A stretch of 64,000 nt of DNA from Somniosus microcephalus (lineage: Eukaryota): assembly GCA_052327205.1 (NCBI GenBank), contig CM126209.1, positions 34,286,001 through 34,350,000 of the forward strand. The letters run 5' to 3'. Positions 13,471 through 27,344 of this stretch are shown in pieces. Every line of letters starts with the position of its first letter. Positions within the stretch are counted from its first letter, which is position 1. The notes beneath the pieces were generated by a model. The model was not told the origin of the DNA, made no database searches, and saw only the letters and a list, made by a program, of their open reading frames with translations. A program made the position numbers and the translations under genes.

Positions 13471-14063
13471 GAGCCCTGATTGCAACTGGGATAAAATGAG
13501 AACCCCCCCCCCGCCCACCCCTGGGAGAGTTTAATGTGAGGCCTGGGCCATTTTAACTCCCGGGCCTCAATTAAATAGTGCTGAACTTTCTCCTGCCCAA
13601 AGCTGGCAGGAATGACGTCAATGCTAGCATGAAGCAGGGGTGTCTGGGACAATTGTGGCTGGAGAAGTGGGGGTGGGGGGGGGGGGGGGGGGAGGCTGCC
13701 CGGGGCACAGGAGGCCCAAGGTTTCTCCGATGGGCCAGGAAGAGCAGAAGGGGCCATGCTATTTTTTTTTTTTTTTTTTAAACAAACAACCTGCCTGGGC
13801 TTTTTCTGGTCCGATGCTGCTTGAAGCTGGCGGATCAAAGACTGTGCGCAAATTGCACTTTTCAGAATTAAAATTACAACAGGGTCCAAATTATGTAACT
13901 GGACCCCAACATTTCAATATTTACGAGGCCTTCGCCTGCCGGCTGAAAACCCTGGAGTTGCGGAATGGAAACGCTGTAGGAATGCAGCAGGTTCTATCGG
14001 CTGCCATTTTAACTCTGCCGCCCGGCCCATTCTCGCCAGGCGGGCAGGGTTAAAATTGAGGCG
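13471..14063. mobile_element. Probable MITE (GC-rich, weak TIRs) with poly-G and poly-T runs
   Basis: GC-rich island ending gggttaaaattgaggc, with weak inverted similarity to gagccctgattgcaac at the left end. Internal inverted pair gggtcca/tggaccc. Confidence 0.45.
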
Positions 14064-17000
14064 TTGTCTCTAAACTAGCTGAAATTAGGCATGTGGTGAC
14101 TGTGTGGACTCCATATCAAGCAAACAGAACTTCTATGTGGATCTCTCATAGTTTGCTTTGGGGACTCAGTAAGTTTCCACATGTTTCAGTAAACTGATTA
14201 ACCAAAAGGAAGGACCTACAAGGAACTGCCACAAATTTGGACTAGGAATAAAGCTGCAGGGAAAACAAAGATTTTTTGGGGGCATTTATGGCAACTTCAT
14301 CCTAAACTTGAACCAGCAGCAAATAAACCTCAACTGCAAAGGCCAAAATTGGCATAGTCCTCGTGAAAACTGTATTTTAAATAGTAGACAGAGAAGAAAA
14401 TAAAGTTAAATACGGTTGTATGAGATAGTGCACCTAAAGCACATGGCAAAGTCATAGACATTACAATCAAAATGGTTTCTTAAAGAGGCAGACATCCTGG
14501 TGATTTCCCATTTGGACTGAGTAACTTACCAAGTGGAGGATAACAAAAGGAAAGATTGTATTATTGTGCTATTGAAGCATGGCTGTGGAAATATATACAA
14601 TAATATATTTGTTTGCAACAATTTTAAATCCCATACTGTATTGTGTACAATTTCTGATCAACAGGTCCCATTACTATAGTAGGATTTGAATGTACCACTG
14701 CATGCATTTATATTTTGCAATTCTTCACAAACATATAGCTTGTAAAACTAAAGCCAAGCAACAGTAAATAGTAATTTGATGAACGTGAAGGGTCGGAACA
14801 CACTTTAATGTTTGGACTAGTTCCTTGAAAACTGCTTATATATTTGTAATGGTTGCAGGAAGTATAGTTTAAGACACTTCAATGCACACAAAGTCTGAAG
14901 AGTGAGTTTCACCATCAGTGCTCTTGGGTTTAGTATTTACTAAGCCAGCAGTGCAATGGAGGTGAATTAATATGCAGTCATTAACCAAGTGTGCTCCGGC
15001 AATTAAATAATTTCAACTGTGTATGTTAATTTAGCTCCCTCATACGGTTGAGCTCAGTATCTCCCTTTAAGTTGGTTCTGGTGATGCGAGCAGCACTCAT
15101 GAACAAATATAACCTCGTCTCGTCAAAAGCAAATAAAAGAGAGAAGCAGAGAGAAAGTAAAAGAATGTTAAATTAAATAATCATTTGATTTTTTTTTTTT
15201 TAAAGGAATATTAATGGTGATACACACCCTTTCAGAACAGCAACTCCAATACCACACAATGTGACACCAGCCATATAGACTAAAAATATTTTTATTCAAC
15301 ACAACTACTACTCTATTTTAACATATACAGAAAAATATTGACACCCCCCCCCCCCCCCCCAGCTAAAGTATGACTTTGATATGTAGGCATTGCTATCAAT
15401 TGCTGCTATATTGTCTGAAATTGCATTTCACATCTACCAGGTTTTTGTGGTTACTGATTCTATTCTACATTGGTGCTGTAGAATAAAACTACTTAACTGT
15501 TGAGTGACTTGAATTACCCACATTCATAATCAAGTCAGGGTTTCACAAGTAACCCAGGGATATAATAAAGACTGTTCAGTTGAGATGGCTACTCAAAGAA
15601 GCCAGGCAATAACTTTAAGAATGAATGCTCCAGACTAGGGAGGGAAAGATCTACATTCTTTGAGCTTTGAGTAATTCTAACTACAGCTTGGGTTTTAATG
15701 CACAAGTGTTTCTTAGGAAAGCTTTTGAGACTGTAACATTCATAAAATAATTATTTTAATAATCTTACAGGAATCCTTCATGCAATTATATAAGATTCTT
15801 TTAAGATTCCTGTGGGGAATTCCCTGAAGAGCATATGAAGTAAATTCAGTTGCAGAAAAGATGTAATATGCATATTTGAATTTTGCCTAGTTCTAGTACA
15901 AAACCATACATGAACATTTTAAGGATTTTCAAAATAGCTTTACAAGAAATACTTTATGATGCCACCTAAACATCAAAATATTTTGGTACTATATTCATGT
16001 GTCACATTTTTGGTTGACAATGGTTTTCAATCCTGCAAGCTTTTTAAAAAGCAATATATGCTACATATAGTAAAAATCACTCAATTCAACAAGTCTGAAT
16101 TCAGCTTAAAATAAAAAGTCATATCTTTGCAGATATTTCAGGTATTAATGTCTGCTCATAAGACAGTCCAAATGGCAGAAAATAGATTAGGTTTTAAAAG
16201 CACAATTAGTATACTGAATTATAAAAAAAATGCCAAGCTTCTACTTTACTAAACTCCTAGGAATAAATAAATGAGGTGTATGTTGTGCAAACTATAATCT
16301 AAAAAGATGAAAATACATACCAGTATAAATATTTTAGTAAACTACCACACAAAAATACATGAATGTTTAATTTAGGCACTACCTATGTCATTATCTGTTA
16401 CACATTCTACCACTGATTCCCTTTTGGGAATCCCAAAATGCATGCAGTTTTTAAAATCTCTAGATATCAGCATTATTTTATATTCTGCTGAAAAAAAACA
16501 CACACAGCCCTATGTAGAGGAAAGCTCTCATTCCCCATATATTATAGCATATACAGGAACACTTGAAAAGTACATCTTTTAGAGCCTCTACAGAGTCACA
16601 GCAAGTTTTTTTTAAAGTTTTCACATACCACTTGGGACTCTGCCTCTTGAGAAATTAGCAAGTCCATTTTGAGTTTTGGCATAGGCAAGGTTTCTAAATA
16701 TATATTTTTTTCTTCCTAAAGCAAGCAATAACCATATACAAGACCCATCACCAAATTTAAAAGAAATATGAAGAATTTACTTCAGTAATTTTGCACTTAT
16801 ATTAGATTAGAGTTGAAACACGAAACAGTTCAAAGTTAGAGATGAAAAGTCCCAGCTATCAAAATGACTTTAAAACCTTAGATCTAAACAGCGCTCATTC
16901 TGAATTGTCTGAATGATAGAGATTAATTTCAGCTTTACATATGCTTCAGATTTACATCTACAATGTTGATACACATATAATTTATAAAAACATTATATGT

Positions 17001-20000
17001 ATGCTAAAGCTTTCACCTGAATATTTTTGCTCACATCAGGGGTTTGAAGGGTGATTTTAATCATTATGATCTATCAGATTAGCATAGAGTGCCATTCATA
17101 CTCATTCACCATAATTACATAAATTGTTGCATCTCATTCCAACAGACTGCAAGCAAGTCTATTTAGACTGTTTCTGACAAGTGGGCTCCACTTTATACTT
17201 ATCTCGGAGTTTCAAGTATCATGCTTATCTCATGGTATTGCATTAAGTTTTGCTTTGTATAGAAAATATGAATATGTTAGAGCATATGCACCCTAAATTA
17301 AATCCCATAAACATGGATCGCTTAGGGGAAACAAAATTTAATCGTGAAGTCAAAAATTACATAACTATATGCACGAGCTAGTAGTGTTTCCAATGACTAT
17401 GCTACAGCCCTTAGTAACTGTGCCTTGTAGCGGTTTAGTTTGCTTTGGTTGTGAAGAATGATATACATATCGCACTTCCTTCCTCTTACTACACTATAGA
17501 AGTAACCAAACACTAACACATGGAATAATAGACGCTGCCACACCTTTCATGTTCTGTACAATTTAATTCCAAAAACATATTCAGGTGGTCTCAAAATTTA
17601 AAAATTCCATACAAAAAAAAAGCATTGATGACAAAGCCATTCCTGTAGTATGTGCTTCAACTAGAATGCTAGAAGTGTGTGGACATCAGCAGGAAGATTG
17701 TGTATATACTACCTGAACGGATTTATTGTGCTGTGATTTTTATATATTTACACTTAATGTCTGCATGTTAAAAGAAATTTGTATTGTTGGTAGGATTTTG
17801 ATGTAATTGTTGCACTTTGTACAAATATTTTGATGTTGATACAAGAATGGTATTGGGTGTGATAGCACTAAGATGCAATTGGTTACAAGGAGTTTTTAAA
17901 AAAACAGCCAAACAGTAATGTAAACACATACGGTACATACATTCACCCAGAACGCTAACCATGTGTTCGTTTTTTGTGCCATTATTTAACTCCCATGTTG
18001 AATCATTTATTTTCTACCGAAAAATGCTGTACATGCAAGATAACTCAGTCTACAGTGTTATAAAGCTGTAACAATTGAGGTATAAAGGTTATAGTTTATT
18101 ACAAAAGTGAAGCTCAAACAGTTTATTAAATTCACCTGCAGCTGAAGGGTGTATTATTCTGTATAACATACAGAGAACTGGGACTTTCCTACCCTATTCT
18201 TGTTTTATTTTGTTTTTGCCAGAAATAGCGTCATGTTGGACATGGTAAATGGCAGGTTGCGGTGATCAAATTGAATAATTTGATAACTAATGGTATCGGG
18301 CTTTACGTTACAGACTGATACAGTGCTAATACTATACGGTACTAATCTCAGATAATTTGACGCCAGGAAGGAGCACCAGAAAACTGATCACAAGCAAGAC
18401 ACTCACGGACAATTTTCTCTTAAGAAACAACTTACCTGTGACCAAATTTTAGACCAATAGTGAGAAGCAAAACATAAAAATCATGATTAAGAGCAAAATA
18501 TATATGGAAAGATACAATTTTTTAAACTGCACCTTGGCAAAGCACTTTGAAACATTTTTCAACATTAACGCCGCTATGTAAATACAAGTTGTTATTCATT
18601 TGCTTCCGAGACAATCATGAAAACATTGTGAAGTGTACTAAAGAACATACCAAGAAAATTATAGCTAATACTGAGCATTGGTGTTCTCAGAATATTTTAT
18701 CCCAATCTAAAAGCAGCAAAAAGATAGCATCGGATTTTGGGTTGTCTCTCTATTTGTTGTGACCCACCCAAGTTTCCCCCCAGGGCTCAATTCTCCCTCC
18801 TGAAAGACTGCATTGACCACAGCACATTCCCTGTTAACTAGACAAAGTCTGCACTATTCTAACACTGGTTTCTTTGTAAGCATATAGAAAATGACCCAGT
18901 GACACTACACAAAGATAGTAATTATTGAATTACACAGCCTGTCACTGTCGTTTGTGTCACACCTCTAACAGGTGCCATTAACAGAACTGCCAAATTATAA
19001 TAATCTTTTCAAGCCCTCTGTGGTCCTAATAATGCCTTTTTCCTGCCCACATAATCAATGTGTGAACAGTAAGCCATTTATATTGTTACTAAATATAGTG
19101 AACTGAAAGCTTTGACTTGTAGCTTGTTAAGATTGAAGAGCATTTACTATAACATTTACCATAAAAATGGTTTACAGTGCAGGATAATAACATACATTAC
19201 AAAGCACTTAATATCAACAGCAAAAGATGGAACATGAACATCAGTTGCAGTTATTTCCAATATAAAATAGCCCATATAATTTATTTTATGGAACCGTAGT
19301 ATATTATTATGTAGTCTGTGCTCTAGTGTGAAACAGATTCTTATTTTATTTCAAATTTCTTAAGTGTATGCATTAAAAGATATAAAAATATTGAGTAGAA
19401 TTTATTATTTTAAGCTATATTTTCAGGTTAAATCATATAAAACTCAAACATATTAATTAGAAAATAGAAAATCAAGTACAAATTACATGACAAAAGATGA
19501 AAAAATGTTTAGGGACTTTAGTCCTTTGCATTTACCGGAAGAAAAATACTGGGCAATGCTAGTTTAAATTTCAAGTTAATTGTTGTTCTTCTTTTAAATG
19601 TAGTTTTAATTTACTTTAATTCAAAATTAGATTTCACTATGATACATTACAAAGAAAAAAATGTATCCTAAAAGTTGTACAGCATTCCTCAGTCTACAAT
19701 AGGTAAAATATATTTTCCTTAAACAATTATTGTAGAGTGGTGTGTGTGCGCGCATGCGTTTGTGTGTAAAAATGTACTTTCTCCTCAATGACACGATTAT
19801 TCTTTTGAAATTTGACCCAGTAAAGCAATATGCTATAAAGTATTGAACAGTGTAAAACCAGGCTACAATAAAACTTTAAGGTTAAGAATGTCAGACATTC
19901 ACATTAAATCACTTACTCTATGCAGACATTATTCTATGATCAGCCTTCCAATAAAATATTGCTCAGACTTGCAGCATGTTGTAAAGATTGGGGGGGGTGG

Positions 20001-23000
20001 GGGGGAATGTCAAAAACAAATGTATAATTAAGGTAAACCACAGCGCTGCTTTTGCAAAATAAACAGTAAACTTTATGCCACACTGTTTCTAATTATACTC
20101 GCTTGGTCCACTGTTTTATTTTTGCTAAATTATTAATTTACCTCATTGTTTAAAAGAACTAACGTGACAGTCCTGCTTCTTTTGACAACGATGCATTGAT
20201 AGCAAATATCTCTAATTCTTTTGGTATAAGCAGAGACATAATAGGCTGTTGACTTCCATTTTAAAAATAATCATCATTCCTGATAATGTTTAGGTTCAGT
20301 TTATTTTAACTGAAACCACAACTGATCTTTTTTCCAAAACTAGGCAAATTTTAAATAGGCATGTGAAGAGACAATCATCTTACTGTGCACTGTTTAATGG
20401 GTTGGTGTAAAATTTAAAATGTTTAGTATAATATGAATTTAAAAAAATAGTTAACAGTTCCATGTCTCTCAGTCAAAATCATTCCTCTACAACAATCTTA
20501 TGTTATGTTCTATGTTCTAACAATCTATTAAAAATCACTTTTCATTACTGTAGTATTAAGGAGGTTTAAAGTCTCAACTAACAATATTTACGCTAGACAA
20601 TTGAATGATATTAAATTAAGGTTATGTATTAATGCTAGATAAACTTTTAAACTCAACATCTCCTTCCATGTTTACTAAAGTAAATTACTCAACGTACAGT
20701 TGGTAAAAGATACAGTATTTTAAAAACAAACAACTAAAACATTAACAGTAACCCCTGTATTGTCTGCTCCAGGTTTTTTCTATGTTTAAGATTTGAAACT
20801 ATTGACTAGATTACTATTGAATTATTATAACCCTGCTCGATTATGCACTAGTCAAGTAGACAGGAAGGATGCTAGAGGAAGGACTGAAGTTCATAAACAG
20901 CTCAAGAGCGCAGCCTATCTGTGTTAGCCCATCTACATCATTTGAAATTCAAACTCGGAGAAACCATCCATTCCTTCACATTTTGATCCAGCAGGAATAT
21001 CGATTACAGATTCGGAATACTTTCCATTTCTATAATTTATCTACATATTAATTCATCCAATAAATCAATCAATAACTTTTCACTTGCACATCGAGTTGAA
21101 CAACATCCTCTACTGGCACAGTTTTTCGGTGACAATGCCTTGATCGGAACTTCACCCCTTAACAAATCTGTCAGCTCTTCAAAGTTCCACAAAGGAAACT
21201 TCCTGGGGTTCCACTTCTCCCCTTTGTTTTCCATTTCCTTTTGAAGACTTTATTAAACAAAATTTGGACTACGCTTGGAGTGTCACACAACGGTCATCGC
21301 ATCTGTTGTTTTCCTACCAGTAACTTTGAGCAAAGAGAATGATTTTTGTGCATTTCATACAATTCACAAAGCAAAGGCCATTAAAGTACCTGATAATAAA
21401 TGAGAATCGATTGCCACCATTTTAAAAGTAAAATCAAGCAGTAACTAAACTGCTATTTATGGTAATGCAGCCTACTTTCAGGATAATGCTAAAATAGCCC
21501 TCAATACTCAATTGTTCGCTGAAGAATAATCATTAGAAATAACTCCATATCTCTGAAAGTTCTAGATTACCTCTTAATTGTCAATTCTATTAAATGTAGT
21601 AGTTATAAATAGGATTATTTTTTATTTACTATGTTGCATGAAGAATTTGTCCCCACATTAACAATGCGCAAAAGTACAAAACATTTGCAAGTATCCAGCT
21701 CTCAATGATCAAATCTGAATTCAAATGAAATCCTCATGGGAGTCAATAGCAATAGAGATCAAGTACATAAATATCACTAAGTGTTGTGGGTTATTTTGCA
21801 ACAAAGGTTACATTGCAATGTATTTAATTTTGAACCTACAGGATAATCTAAAATGCCGTTTGAGGAAAAAGTAAAATATAAATTGCAAAAATACCATTGA
21901 AACAGCTTTATTCATAGAATTTTGCTAGACCAATGCTGAGCTGAATAATATGGGATTCCTGGTTTCAAATTTAGGTTTGGTTTAGGGTGGACATTCAACA
22001 AACTTGTAATGATAGTTCAAACCACATAGACAAACCATGCATGGGAAAGTTTTCAGGCGCCAATTAAGTCATTAAAAAAGAGACACTATGAAGCAGATCC
22101 AGAATAAGATGTATTGCCATGTCATGTTGATATTAGTCAAGAAGATACTGCGTTTAAAATTCAATTAATGCTTGTGATATTGATTAACACAAAACTTGTG
22201 CCTACCATTTTTAAGGTTAATGTTTTTTGTCATTTTGTAGTATTGGAATACAAGTAACAGCTCATCAAGTTCATTGGTTTCAATGGCGCATAGTGCACAC
22301 ATTGGCAAGGAGTGAAAGTAAAATTTGCTATTTATTGCAATCGGAGTATTTAATATAAGCACGTGCTATAAACTGCTGTTTGTCAACTTATCTTATTTTT
22401 TCACATTACACTTTGTGTTTCCTGGAAATATATATTCTTGTACTTCATCTCTACAATGTTTACAAAATTTTAATGTATTGATTGCTATCCTCAAGTTACA
22501 TGTCAACTAAAAAAAAGAGCAAAACAAAATTGAAATAGCAAATAGTGTATAGTGTATGCATGTGGAGAAAATGTTAATCTTCAAGTCAAATTTACATTTA
22601 CTGTGTACTTACAATGCAAATATTTTGTTTCTCAATTCTTTGGTTATTAAATACATCAACTTGGAATGACAGTATACTTCGACAAAATTTTTTTTTTCAT
22701 TGATGAGGTTTGTACATCTGTAAACCCATGTTACTTAAAAATTGCAGAATGTTTAAAATACACATCGTAATACCTTAAGCCATGTACTGTAATGATCTTT
22801 TCAAACACATTAAGAGGAATAATTTCTCTGCAAAGGCATTCAAAAATATGTAAGTAAAAAAAAAAATTAAGAAATAAATTGTGTTTATTTTGAAAAAACA
22901 ACTTTTAAACCATTTTCTTTCTTGGCCTGAAATGGTGCTCAGCTGTCACAAGGCTTGGCGACATCTGTTTTTCCTAATTACCAATAGCCTCTTCTTTTTG

Positions 23001-26000
23001 AGGAGTTTTTCAAAGAAAACCAAATACAAACTATTGAATTCTCTTAAAGCTCTGTGCTCTTTTAGTCTTCTGCTGGCCATATCATGGCGAAGATCACTGC
23101 ATGTTGAGCCGGTCATTGTGCAGACTGTGTGCTTTGTTTGGGGCATAAATTGGGGTTTGGGCCTTAGCTACCGTAGTTCAAGCGTAAAAATACTTTGCCC
23201 ATCACACCGTATACTGTTGCCAGCGACCCTCTAAATCCTTGAACCAACTGTGTCCTTTAGTGTCACAACAGATAATGCTGATTTATTACAATGTGTGAGT
23301 TTCTACTGATTAAAATAAGCCACAAGCACGTGGTACTGGAATTAGCACATTTAGAAGTCTGTTTCCCACATCCTATTTTGCGCTAGTGCGGCTGATCCCT
23401 GCAATTCTACGCGGGTGCAATTTTAATGACTGCTACGTTTTTGATGTTTCGATGAAAAACGCTGCTAGGTGTTTGTGGCAGCACTAGATACCGAGCCTGA
23501 ATTGCTCTGATTGGAACGCTGTGACACTAGCTCTGTTTACGATACCATCGGTGTCATTTTCCTTTTAACGATAAGACACTTCCCTGACAAGGCTCGATTA
23601 GGGAAAAAATTATTATTACATTCACTTTTTTCAGACAGGATAGCGAGATAAACAGGAGCGAGCCTTAGGGAGGAAAAAAGGTGAAGATATGAGAAAAAGC
23701 AAATAAAAAAAATTCTTTGCTTCCATCGAACTATTTAATTAATAGAAAAATATCTAGAATATTGCACTAATATTTCATCATTCTAATATGGATTCATTTG
23801 CCTTGTTCGTTACCATGCTTTCATTGCTCCTAAATTCCATTTTTTGTAATGTATTTTAGATTTATTTGGCCTTTTTATAATGATTAAATTTTTTTGCGCT
23901 GTCCATATTTCACATACACAGCATGAAATGTTATTCATCACACAAAAAGAAATCCCAGATAGCAGACTAGTACTCAATACAGATTTTGCTTAAGCCTAAA
24001 GATGGTTAAGTAGATAACTAGACGCAGCACTTTCTTCAAATACGCCAGCTTCTGTTCTATTAATGGGGAAGCTGTGTAGTGAGCTAAAATATACAATACA
24101 CATGATGTGCCATTTAAAAAATAAAGCTTAATGTACATTGGCATCCTTAGTGTTTTCTCCCCGAGGTTCTAAATTAATGACAATAAAATAATTACATTTT
24201 TGTAATTTCTAAGGACTCTGAAGAAGTAAACAGCACCATAGTTTTTCTGAATTCTTGCAGAAGCTAATAGGCATTTTTGCCCTAGAATGCTTTGCATTAA
24301 AAGAGAGCAAAATTAGGTTAATCTCAACACTCTAACTGCAGGTTATTGTTAGCAATGCAAGATTAAAAATAATAGGAAGGTGTTAATTTTTTATGTTAGG
24401 TTTTGTCTATCCAAGGCAATTATTGGAAGAACAACCAGATCAGATTCTCCAGTTTTACTTCTGTTGACTGAAACATCAATACTGAAGTTACCAGAGGCTA
24501 GGGAGAGATCAGAGTGTGATGGTTACAGGAGTACTTGAATACCCATCGTCTGGCACAGCAAGATCTCAAAGTCTCCCATAGGCTTCAAAGAGACCCGATT
24601 ATTTTTTTTCCGAGACCCTCTGCTTTCCAGTGAAGCTGTAACCATGATTTTTTTCCGCCTAATACCACAGGAAAAAATCAAAACAGGCTAAACAAATTGA
24701 TGTACTCTTTAATATAGTCAGTGCATCATCATAGGATCTTGTGTCTCGCTTGCTGACAACTTGAGCTCTGTGTACCATACATCTATCACTTTGTTGGCAA
24801 CTTCAATGCTTCAGGAGAAAAAAAAGCCTCTCAATTGAGTTATTGGCACCTTTGATTGACATAGCCTAATCAGCTTATCTGCACATTAATAAAGCTGATG
24901 GCCTGCAGAGCTGGTCTTGTACCCAACCTCAATGAACTTCCAGGAGCGAAAGCCTCTAGGGCCAGCCTAATAGCACCAGAAGCCATTTACTGCTGAATGC
25001 TTCCAGAAAGAGCCGAGCAGCAGTGACATGGCTTAAATGTGAAAGCCATTCCATTTGTTTTGAGAGATTTTTATTTCCTGCAATAAAATGTTTTTCCTAC
25101 TCAGATCATGACCTTTTAATGTTAAGTATCCCTAAAATATTTCACATAATGCCACATTTAATTGTTCAGCCTTAAATACGAACATTTATCCCATGAACAC
25201 TATTTTCAGTCACCTGCAATGACATTTCAAACTAGCAATAAATAATATACCATATTAGATGTGTAGAAATATTAAGTATTGCGTGATGTTCCGATGACAT
25301 TACCCAACTGGAATAGATCCCGAGGATACATCTCCTACAGAAGCAGCAGAGACTGGTCACTTTCTACATTTATACTGGATTCATGTTTTATATTTAAAAA
25401 AGTCAGCTCCTTCAAAAAAAAAGTCCATACAGATTAAATAAACCAAATTTGTTGCACTGCTAAATTTATTTTACTTACAACGCTGACCTCAATTTACTTG
25501 TAACTTTAGCACTCAAACTATGGGCAATTTGTGAATTTAACTCCGTAATACAGTTCTGCTAGTGCAATATCCTACATTTGTTGTACAGGTATGAACAATC
25601 ATTTCACATCTTAACAGAATCAATATTTCTCACCTGTGAAAATCAAAATTACACACCAAATATCAAACAAAGGGATGCAACTGTGATGTGGCTTGTGATG
25701 TAATAGTACTGTATCTTTTAAAGGCTGTTATTCAAATTCTACTAATGTCCAGATGTCATTAGACTAGACTTTGTAGTATGCGTAATTTTAAAGAAAAACT
25801 GTAATTCTAATTAACACAATGTTGCTTTAGTTATTCTGCCATTTTACCTTTTTCCAGCATCTCTGCCATTGACCATTACCCAACTAAGTCAGTGGACAAG
25901 TGCCCTGCTCCCAGATTGCTCTTACACAAGTCACTAGGAAGTGCACGAGTGTGGTCCTGGTGAACCTTCCCCCTCATCATACCCAGATCCCTGTGGGGAA

Positions 26001-26859
26001 ACTAACCTCTGCTCAATGACAAAACAATCTCTCATTCTCTATTACATATACTACCTATTTTTCTACCACAAAAAAATGGTCCCACTGCACCAGTCTATGA
26101 TACTGTACACCTTTGAACCTGTTTTCCTATGAAATCACCTGTGCCACTTGTGAACTTCAACCCTCACTGGGTGAAGAAAAATACTGGCAAAAAACAGCAG
26201 CCACCAATTGGCATGCAATTTATACTAGCTGAAGCAACAGATGCAGGACACCGCCTGAAATAGATAGAAATTGTATTTATTTTATCAAGAATGAAGAGGT
26301 TAGTGGAGAAATACATGGCTGTAATTGAATCTCAGGGTTCTGAAATGATCAGAACCCCTCGATTCAATCGCTGAAATTTATCGGACCGTCAGCCATCTAT
26401 TAGCCTACATACAGAAGTGTCGCATCTCTCCAAAACAGGGTAATTGATTTCTCCGTAAAACTAACCTCTTATTATCCAAGGTCTAGGATAATGAATGCTT
26501 GCAAAACACCGTCATCTAGTCACATAACACAGCCAGGCAAAAAACGCAGAAGCGCAGTGAACACAGTGACAACTGCAAGGAGCAGTAATAGAAGACGTAA
26601 ACTTCAGCAGGAAAATTCCAAAAGAAAAGCTCCAAAAAGGCAAAATAAAAACTTGTATTTTTATGCTTGGGAGCTGTTGAAGGCTTTAATAAATCAATCT
26701 GTAAAAATAGCCTCGTTACAGATCAGAAATTACTTATTCGCCATATAAAACATTTAAAAGAGCTACGTCTGCTTAATAGTGCGTTTGATAAACTAAAAAT
26801 TATCAGTGTGTTTTTTTTGGTGTGCTTAACCAAGAAAAGCTGCTGGTGTTAGATCATGT

Positions 26860-27240
26860 TTTTTTTTCCCTTGCCAATATTTTCCCCTCATCTCTTGAAG
26901 CTGCCAACTCTTTGCTGGGTTGCACCTCCACAAGCACCACCCATCCGCCAATATTTTGTCAAATGCCCAAACAACCATTATTCAAATGCATGCCTTGATG
27001 GTGTGTATCAGCCTGCTATTCCACTATAGGGCTATCACAGCTGTGCCCAATACTGTCTACATATGCAAGCTTCCAGTAGGGGCTGGTGGATAGCAATTAG
27101 GAGCAAGAATTCTGGCTGATTTTTAGCTCCCAGACACCAATTGTAGCATCCCTATTGTTGACCCAACTGAGATTGGCTAACGCAATATAATTTAGGGATT
27201 AAACATAGAACCTTTCTGTTCTGTATATCTCAGCTACTTA
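26860..27240 (-). repeat. Old dispersed SINE-like repeat, copy 2
   Basis: ggatagcaattaggagcaagaattctggctgatttt is shared with the 37700, 58650 and (reverse) 9745 copies. Confidence 0.5.
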
Positions 27241-27344
27241 GTTTCAAAATATGGTGCACACAAAAGTATTGCTCACCATGTCAAAACAGGAAGACAAAAT
27301 GGTTGGCAGTTAGAACTCTATTGACTTATACACTAAAACAAAAA

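Noticed and set aside
14949-14958. CAGTGCAATG resembling the miR-130/miR-4295 5' end (human MIR4295 is recalled to lie in a VTI1A intron)
   Set aside because: The match is only 10 nt, is antisense to VTI1A and has no surrounding precursor hairpin.
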